Part shown: positions 1 through 6,215 of the stretch, piece by piece
How positions within the stretch are numbered: the first letter of the stretch is position 1
Layout of the letters: the number at the start of each line of letters is the position of its first letter
From: Trichoplax adhaerens
Taxonomy: Eukaryota; Animalia; Placozoa
DNA length: 6,215 bases
Assembly (NCBI RefSeq): GCF_000150275.1
Contig: NW_002061293.1
Span: 1-6,215 of the forward strand
Direction: 5' to 3'
Translations under genes and position numbers: made by a program
Notes under the pieces: model-generated
Database searches by the model: none
The model's input: the letters and a program-made list of their open reading frames with translations, nothing else
What the model was told of the DNA's origin: nothing

Positions 1-183
1 TTTACCCTACCAAATCATCATGTCGCCATCTTTTCTTCTTCATTATTTTACAAGGTATTATATAGATTACTATACAAGTAGCCCTAGAGCAATTGCCTAA
101 TCTAAAGAAAGGGCGTTTGATCGTCTATTCAAATTGTAAAGGAATTTGACTTAGTAGCAAAACCCTATCCTTAGAGAAAAGGG
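1..183 (+). mobile_element. Possible C-terminal part of the same recombinase remnant, in opposite orientation
   Basis: Frame 1 begins FTLP and reaches KPYP*RKG at 160-183, resembling the (H/Y)SLRxG box II motif. Several stops intervene. Confidence 0.22.
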
Positions 184-349
184 ATTTATAACATGACGGT
201 AAAGTACTGTAATGTAGTCTATAATCGTATAGTTACCGTATAATCTGACGCTAAAACATCAACTGTCAACACTCAGCGATACTAATGTCAGAAAAGTAGT
301 CGTAGTAGTCCTATAAAATTTTTTGATAAGCGATTATTGTGATCTTTAT

Positions 350-401
350 AAAATCCGGATTTTCGGATTCGGATTCTGGAACCGGTCGGATTTATGTCCG
401 A
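350..401. repeat. CGGATT motif cluster with a 14-bp palindrome
   Basis: Perfect palindrome AAAATCCGGATTTT at 350-363; CGGATT at 356, 364, 370 and 387; TCGGA/TCCGA inverted pair at 386-390 and 397-401. Confidence 0.85.
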
Positions 402-512
402 TATAATTTTTCTGTTTTAATTTTTGGATTTTAGTTTATGAAAAATATCGTAAGAGTTGATTTTTGAATATGAACTTATTGTTATGAATTTGTTACTTTG
501 GAATTTTATGAC

Positions 513-528
513 GTGACTTGAAAGTCAC
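513..528. repeat. Inverted repeat GTGACTT-GA-AAGTCAC
   Basis: Perfect 7-bp arms with a 2-nt spacer; function unknown. Confidence 0.75.
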
Positions 529-859
529 ATTGGGAAAGTTTAGTTAGGAAAATAGAAAATAAGATAGGAATTGGCAGAGGTTGTGTTGATTGTTAAGTAG
601 TTACGCTGTTATTTTTATGACTAAATCTTGATGTTTAAAGGTTGATTTTTAGACTTTTATAGTGCATTAATGAGAAATTGTGATGGAGCGTTCGATATCT
701 CAGAGGATTGAGATTTAGTCGCCATTTACAATTATTACAACAAAGGGTTTATAAAAGTTATGCTTTATTGTAGGTTAGTATTGTGAAGTACAGTGAGGTA
801 GTTACGGTAGATCAGCGTGCAAGCTGTCGTGTGCAACGAGTAGAAGTATTAGACTGTGA

Positions 860-892
860 GAGACTAACTAGGAGACTAACTGAGAGGCTAAT
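860..892 (+). repeat. 12-bp-period short tandem repeat
   Basis: GAGACTAACT at 860-869 and 872-881, plus a degenerate GAGGCTAAT at 884-892. Confidence 0.8.
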
Positions 893-924
893 GAACTCTG
901 AGGTAGAAATTGCCGTTATTTATA
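878..924 (-). promoter_or_regulatory. Candidate TATA box + initiator on the minus strand
   Basis: TATAAATA at 924-917, Inr-like TCATT starting 30 nt downstream (894) and TCAGTT at 883-878. Confidence 0.35.
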
Positions 925-1127
925 GTTTTAAAGATTGAGCATATGCAGAGAATCAGATTGTGGAATTAGATACAACATATACCATAACAGGTTACAAAAT
1001 AGCAGATGATTGTAGAAAACAGCGAGTACCGTAATAACTAAATGCAGTAGTCTATATATGAATGTAAAATAAGCGGACTGTAGATCTGTCTAAATATAAG
1101 AACAAATACATATGTCTATATTTAAGG

Positions 1128-1177
1128 NNNNNNNNNNNNNNNNNNNNNNNNNNNNNNNNNNNNNNNNNNNNNNNNNN
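1128..1177. other. Assembly gap (50 N)
   Basis: Run of exactly 50 N; the round number suggests a placeholder of unknown true size. Confidence 0.99.
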
Positions 1178-1500
1178 TAGGGTAATTGTGTCTGAACTTT
1201 GAGTGATTTTTGTTTTCTTAAATGGTGCAAAGTAGTTTTGTAAAACGGATCTTAAGAGCGATTGGTTAGTAAATGTTTAGTTTTAAATACCTCTGACGGC
1301 TCTACGAAGCCTATAAATGATAGTGCAATCAGAAAATTTAGAGAGAGAGTAGAATTAGATTCTTTTGAAGAACTTGCTGAATTTAAAAGGCCTTCGGGGT
1401 CGAATTGTCGTAAGTTAAAACGTTGTTATTTTTGAAATGTTGTTTGGTCGTTGACAGTTTTTTAAGTCTGTGACTTATTTTATTAATACTTAAAGCTAAG
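1178..1500 (-). mobile_element. Possible degenerate tyrosine recombinase (DIRS/Ngaro/Crypton-like) remnant
   Basis: Across shifting minus frames, in the expected order: RPRRP (1402-1388), ALSFIGFVEPSEV (1326-1288; resembles AFxGFLRxSE but lacks the catalytic Arg) and KKTKITQSSDTITL (1219-1178; resembles xSKTDQ...IxL). Many stops; recognised by eye only. Confidence 0.3.
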
Positions 1501-2094
1501 TATTTGTAAGGTTTTTTGGTTTATACTTCTCTTCATTTTTGTTTTGTAATAAATTGTTGTTCGATTATTTCCCCAAATTTTATTTGGCTTCAAAATTTCG
1601 TTAAGTCGACCGGAGTGCAACGAAAGTAGAATCAAAGTTTGTTAAAGTTTTGTAGCTTGACCTCTACACTTTTCATTTCATTACATACATTATAAAATTT
1701 TGAAGTAGAATTCTGAAACTAACATTCATTACATGAAGCACCATAAATACGTATTATGTACCTGGCCGCTCAGTATCCGGCCATTATACTTAAGTGCAAA
1801 ATTATGAATACTAGCCACAACATATTTGATACTCATTAATATTAAATCTAGTGACTACGTTACTATAAACACTAAGTAAACATTAATTGAATCTATTATT
1901 GACGATACTACTAAATTACATTGCTTCCTTCAAGACTAGAGTATTTTAGATGTGGAATAAAATTATCGCAAACATTTTTGCCCAATCCTAGAGCAATCTT
2001 GAACGCAAGATCTCCGAAAATCGACTAACGTCTTTAATATAGATTACTAAAATATTCAATTCTAGAGTAAAAAGTTGAGCCTAAAATCAGAAAA

Positions 2095-4412
2095 ATGCCG
2101 TTTATATTTCTGTCTGTATTGATATATCGCTTCATTAGGTCCGCAACGATATTTACTATATTCATCAACATTGCTACATCAGATGTAACATTTCCCTATC
2201 CGAATGTTGGACAATTACATTCCGGTAAGTATAGCACTGTCAGAATACCAGGAATATTCCCTAATACACGACAATTTAATCCTAAAACTTATACCTGCTC
2301 TGGATATAGCCAAAAATATATACAAATAATCCAAATAATGATCTATACTGTTGATCATCTCATCAACAATGATTCAAAGTTATTACCTGGAATTAAAGTT
2401 AACTATAAAATATTAGATTCCTATTCATCAAGACATGCAGCAGTGGCTTTCCTAACTTCAAATGTGGCCATATTTAATTCTTTAAATTTTCAACAACTTC
2501 TTAGCAATAATACACTAGTTTCTAATCATTCATCGTCAATTGGCCATGTTCCTACTATCGGCGTAGTAGCAGACTAAACAGAAAGTATTACAACAGCTAT
2601 TACATCATATACAAGTAGCTTATACTTACCGCTAGTAAGTTATAACTCAGATAGTACTTTACTCAACGATCGTAGAATATATCCGTACATTTTTAGAATT
2701 GCATCACCATTAGAGCTTCAAATACAGGCAATTGCTGATATCGTGGCTTATTTCAATTGGAATTGGGCTTCAAGAGTGACAGGAAACTCGGATGCTTTCA
2801 TGAATATACACAAAATGCTAACTTCAACTATCCGAAAACGCAACGTATGCATATCGGTAAGAATAGCTATACATCCTAATGATACTAAATCTGCTTTATT
2901 CAGAAAAATTGCAATACTGAAAAAGCAGCAACGATCTGACGTTATTATCCTTGTTAGAGATGAAACAGCAGTTTATAAGTTCTTGGAAGCAGCTCAAACC
3001 CAAAATTTAAAAGGTAAAACCTTTATAGGAGTTTATTCTTGGCTTAAATCATCGCGCTTAAGAAACATTAGCGGAGATGTTGTTGCAGGCACTTTAGGCA
3101 TTGATATCAGCCACCGATCTTTACAAAAATATATGAATTAAAAAGTCTTGATTTATGTAATAATTTTGATAATCTTTAATTCGTCAAAGCTTGGCATGAA
3201 AAAATTTCTTTATCAGGACAAATACCAATAGATAAACTACACGTGCCTTGTCTCTCAATCGTCGTTTAAAAGGGACATTGTTTCGTGATTTTTACGAGAC
3301 AAACTAGATTACTGAATTTGTCATGAATTCAGTATTGGCGCTTGCTTACGCTCTTTATGATTATCTAGGTTGTAATCACAGTTACTGCCCACCCATTCCA
3401 TCGAACTTAATCGCCAATAATCATGCTGAACTTGTAAAAGTTCTACGCAATGTTTCATTCCAAGGTGCAACCACTTATCAGTTCCGTTTTCGATTTGACG
3501 GAAGTAGTCAGCTACCGTATCAAATTATAAATCTTAAACCTTTTAAAAATACTACTATCAATATTGTAATGAAAACTTAAATTGGTAGTTGGAAAGAGAA
3601 GAGTGGTCTTTCTATTTGCTATGACAAAATAGTTTGGAATAGTGGCAAAAAATGAAATAATATACCGCTGTCGCGTTGTTTTGATGACTGCCAACCTGAA
3701 TACGCTATTACAAACAATCTAGGAATCATTTTTTCATATTGGCAATGTTATTAAAGATGTAAAAAATATAATGGTCAGACAATATTAGGTCCATAAAGCA
3801 AGACAGTTATATAAAGTGTTCTAATTTTACTGAGGCAAATCAAAATCGTACCAAATGCATCGATATACAGATAGCTCAAATCGAGCAGGTCCTTTGCAGT
3901 AATATTTTATTTATGTATAATATTATAACTAATGTACTGGATATTTATTTATACGACCATCACAATATATCGGAAAGCTCCTATTATTAAAGCATCGAAT
4001 TTTATTTTATTAAATATGTTTCAATTTTTTAATTTACTCAGTCTTCCTGCTTCTTTGCTTTGTATCGTTCCATGCACTAGTGCTATTTGTGTAGCACAGG
4101 CAGTACTTGTTACATTAAGCGAAATAGGCCAGCTGCTGACTATTATACGTAGAGCTAATCGAATAGCTATAGTATCTAAAAAGTCTATAAGTCATAGTCG
4201 ATCATATTCAAAATTTCTAAAAATGGAAATCAGGTTCTGCTTATTATTCTGGTTACAGCTTTAAGCCAATCCACTATTATCGCCTTGCTAGTCTACCGTC
4301 CAATTTTAGTTACTAAAATTATCAATGCTAATAATAAGATAGAATTGACGTCAGATATATCGGTAACCTAGTATTGATAATGTATGGCGTCTACTTTACA
4401 GTTATGTTATTA
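2095..4412 (+). pseudogene. Class C GPCR pseudogene (flytrap + cysteine-rich domain + TM1 to start of TM5), paralog of the gene at 4876
   Basis: ORFs 2095-2577, 2743-3141, 3323-3580 and 3932-4264 are consecutive pieces of one receptor. Motifs in order: IPGIFP, INNDSKLLPG, YPYIFR, FNWNW, LDLCNNFDNL*F, NSVLALAYALYD, IGSW, PLSRCFDDCQPE, NQNRTKC, YRKAPIIKASN (ICL1), RRANRIAIV (TM3 end), NQVLLIILVTALSQSTII (TM4), LVLIMYGVYFTVMLL (TM5 start). In-frame stops at 2575, 3177, 3305, 3578, 3653 and 3752. Frameshifts near 3125-3140, 3250, 3772-3793, 3885-3930, 4219-4223 and 4350-4368. No TM6/TM7 recognised. Confidence 0.9.
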
Positions 4413-4446
4413 TAGAAAATTAATTATAGAAAAGTATTATAGAAAA
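4409..4446 (+). repeat. Three copies of ATTATAGAAAA
   Basis: Exact 11-mers at 4409-4419, 4423-4433 and 4436-4446, starting where receptor homology ends. Confidence 0.9.
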
Positions 4447-4640
4447 ATCAATACTGTATTCTTTAAAAATCTTAACAAAAGCCAGAAAAATACATTAATT
4501 TGCCACGCCCTAACTCAAAGTATCAGGAATTAGGATTATTATTTTTGCAATAATGTGCCATATGCTCAAATCTTTAATAATTAAATTCTTTTTACTTATA
4601 CGATGATTTTACTTGAGATAATAAGAACGGGCACAGTACT

Positions 4641-4648
4641 TATAAATA
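4641..4648 (+). promoter_or_regulatory. Candidate TATA box for the gene at 4876
   Basis: TATAAATA 235 nt upstream of the ATG; such motifs arise readily by chance in AT-rich DNA. Confidence 0.3.
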
Positions 4649-4800
4649 AGCCTTACATACTAAAAAGCACAACATTTTTAGATTATAGTATGATATCAAT
4701 TAAAGTCTGAAAGATTCCCTTACTTTAATGCCGGCTTTTGCATTACAAATGTTCTCCTTGTGTTGGCAGAATTGTCAAAAAGCAAATCTTTACCTATTAA

Positions 4801-4873
4801 GTATGTATGCTAAACATACATTATGATGACCGAAAAATTACATTTGCTTTATCTTATCTTTGTGTAAACATAG
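4801..4873 (+). other. Candidate 73-nt 5'UTR intron of the intact receptor gene
   Basis: GTATGT donor at 4801, pyrimidine-rich tract at about 4841-4861, and TAG acceptor at 4871-4873, two bases before ATG 4876. Motif evidence only. Confidence 0.4.
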
Positions 4874-4875
4874 CC

Positions 4876-6215
4876 ATGAAAAAATTTGCCAAAACTCCTT
4901 TTATTATACTGATATCTTGCTACTTGATCTTTTCTAATCAATCTATTAATAATGCTTCGGAAAAAGCTAATTTTCAAATTATTGGAATCTTTCCTAATTC
5001 ACTAAATTATAACTATTCATTTAAGAAATGCTCTAATTATAGTATGCTTAATATACAACTAACACAAGCCAGTATCTATGCTATCGAAATGCTAGTCAAT
5101 AACAATTCAAATTTACTACCTGGTATAAAACTTGGATTAACAATAATCGATTCTTGTTCTTCGCCACAACTGGCTATGTCTTCGCTATCAACAAAATTAA
5201 TATTATTGCCTAAACAACAAAATTACGATCAGTATAATTGCTCTGGATCGTCTACAAATACTCACGATCTTTATTCTAGCGGGTCACAGGTATTAAATCG
5301 TAGCAACACTGATCATTCCCATATTTTGGGTGTTCTTGCAGAAAAATCTGAACATATCACGACATCATTGGCTTCTTACACTAGTAGTCTACGTATTATT
5401 CAGATTGGTTATAATTCTTTTAATCCTGCATTGAATAATCGTAAATTCTTCCCCTATTTCTATCGTACTTCTCCATCTCCAGATGTCCAAACGAAAATCA
5501 TAATCGACGTTCTAACCCGAATGAAATGGAATTGGATATGTATTGTTCTTGCAATATCAAATAATTTAGATTCAGCCGTCGTAAAATTTGATTTACAGTT
5601 ACGACAACATGGTATTTGTATAGCATATAAGGCAATCCTCTATGATAAAAATACTACCTCGGATTTTAGAAGTGTCATTACAGCAATAAGAAATCAGCAA
5701 CGGACAAATGTTATCGCTTTATTAGGAGATGAAAATATTGTATTCAGATTTTTAAAGGAAGCTGAAAATCAAAATTTAGAGGGTAAAACATGGATTGGTT
5801 CTTACAGTTGGATGCTTTCTTCAAGAATTAAAAATATCAATTCTAGCGTAATTGATGGAGTATTAGGTGCTGGTCCAAATATGAAAAGAATAAACAATTT
5901 TGATCAATACTTAAATCATCTTGATTTATGTAATAATGTAAAAAATCCTTGGTTTGTACGTGCTATACGCCAACATTTACAATCTTTAAGAAATCGTAGA
6001 GATCAAGCTAACAAGACGAGCTGTAAGATTGATTATCACGTCAAACAAAATTTTGCACATTCATTTTACACTGTTAATCCTATTTCAGCGCCTGTCATAG
6101 ATAGTGTTCTAGCTTTAGCTCATACCTTACATGATCAATTAGGCTGCAATACAAGTTATTGTCCGTCGATTGATAATTTATATTTCGATTCGAATTATCA
6201 ATATAAGTATAACGA
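4876..6215 (+). CDS. Class C GPCR (mGluR/CaSR-like), signal peptide and Venus flytrap domain; 3'-partial, runs off the window
   Basis: Manual translation from gccATG at 4876 gives 446 codons with no stop, starting MKKFAKTPFIILISCYLIFS (signal-peptide-like). Family motifs in order: IIGIFP, VNNNSNLLPGIKLGLTIIDSCS, QIGYNS..ALNNRKFFPYFYRTSPS, KWNWI, GICIA, WIGSYSW, NPWF, VIDSVLALAHTLHDQLGC. Colinear with the upstream paralog. An alternative in-frame ATG lies at 4807, after an in-frame TAA at 4798-4800. Confidence 0.93.
   Translation, partial: MKKFAKTPFIILISCYLIFSNQSINNASEKANFQIIGIFPNSLNYNYSFKKCSNYSMLNIQLTQASIYAIEMLVNNNSNLLPGIKLGLTIIDSCSSPQLAMSSLSTKLILLPKQQNYDQYNCSGSSTNTHDLYSSGSQVLNRSNTDHSHILGVLAEKSEHITTSLASYTSSLRIIQIGYNSFNPALNNRKFFPYFYRTSPSPDVQTKIIIDVLTRMKWNWICIVLAISNNLDSAVVKFDLQLRQHGICIAYKAILYDKNTTSDFRSVITAIRNQQRTNVIALLGDENIVFRFLKEAENQNLEGKTWIGSYSWMLSSRIKNINSSVIDGVLGAGPNMKRINNFDQYLNHLDLCNNVKNPWFVRAIRQHLQSLRNRRDQANKTSCKIDYHVKQNFAHSFYTVNPISAPVIDSVLALAHTLHDQLGCNTSYCPSIDNLYFDSNYQYKYN

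Noticed and set aside
2-9. Telomeric repeat (CCCTA/TAGGG-like words at 2-9 and 1178-1185)
   Set aside because: Single copies, not tandem TTAGGG arrays.
350-892. CRISPR array from the short repeats
   Set aside because: Repeats are 6-12 bp with no regular unique spacers, and the context is eukaryotic.
1677-1734. Direct repeat TTCATTACAT at 1677 and 1725 as a target-site duplication
   Set aside because: Only 38 nt lie between the copies, with no terminal repeats; low-complexity AT-rich word.
2095-2577. Functional secreted flytrap fragment (160 aa)
   Set aside because: Ends within lobe 1 and has lost the conserved DSC cysteine; unlikely to fold.
3512-3694. 60-aa minus-strand ORF from the track
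   Set aside because: Antisense shadow of the receptor pseudogene's flytrap/CRD junction; no recognisable motif.
2575-3754. Stop-codon readthrough or an alternative genetic code
   Set aside because: TAA, TAG and TGA all occur alongside several frameshifts and lost cysteines, while the neighbouring paralog has no stop in 446 codons.
2095-4264. Four plus-strand ORFs as separate genes or as exons of a spliced gene
   Set aside because: The intervening DNA is itself receptor-coding and, where the paralog is available (to about 3420), colinear with it; stops fall at aligned codons (e.g. TAA 2575 vs AAA 5344), leaving no intron-sized spacers.
4876-6215. GABA-B receptor, iGluR N-terminal domain, receptor guanylyl cyclase or bacterial periplasmic binding protein; or a specific GRM/CASR symbol
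   Set aside because: The paralog shows a cysteine-rich domain and class C TM motifs, which those families lack in combination; divergence is too great to assign orthology by eye.

Overview
AT-rich eukaryotic (metazoan-like) genomic DNA with a 50-N assembly gap at 1128-1177. The right two-thirds is a head-to-tail pair of intronless class C GPCR genes of the mGluR/CaSR/T1R/V2R type (Venus flytrap + cysteine-rich domain + 7TM). Copy 1 (2095-~4412) is a decayed pseudogene with about 6 in-frame stops and about 6 frameshifts. It breaks off in TM5 at a triplicated 11-mer, and four of the five listed ORFs are fragments of it. Copy 2 (ATG 4876) is missing from the ORF track and stays open for 446 codons to the window edge. 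By manual alignment, both copies lack the canonical amino-acid-binding residues of the flytrap and share unusual substitutions there, suggesting an orphan, possibly chemosensory, receptor family under birth-and-death evolution. The left third (1-~1660) has no long ORF, is strand-skewed, and looks like mobile-element debris. It includes weak tyrosine-recombinase-like motifs that appear to continue from 1178 (minus) into position 1 (plus), which hints that segment 1-1127 is inverted. A non-bilaterian source such as a placozoan would fit but is only an inference. All alignments were done by eye; no searches were run.
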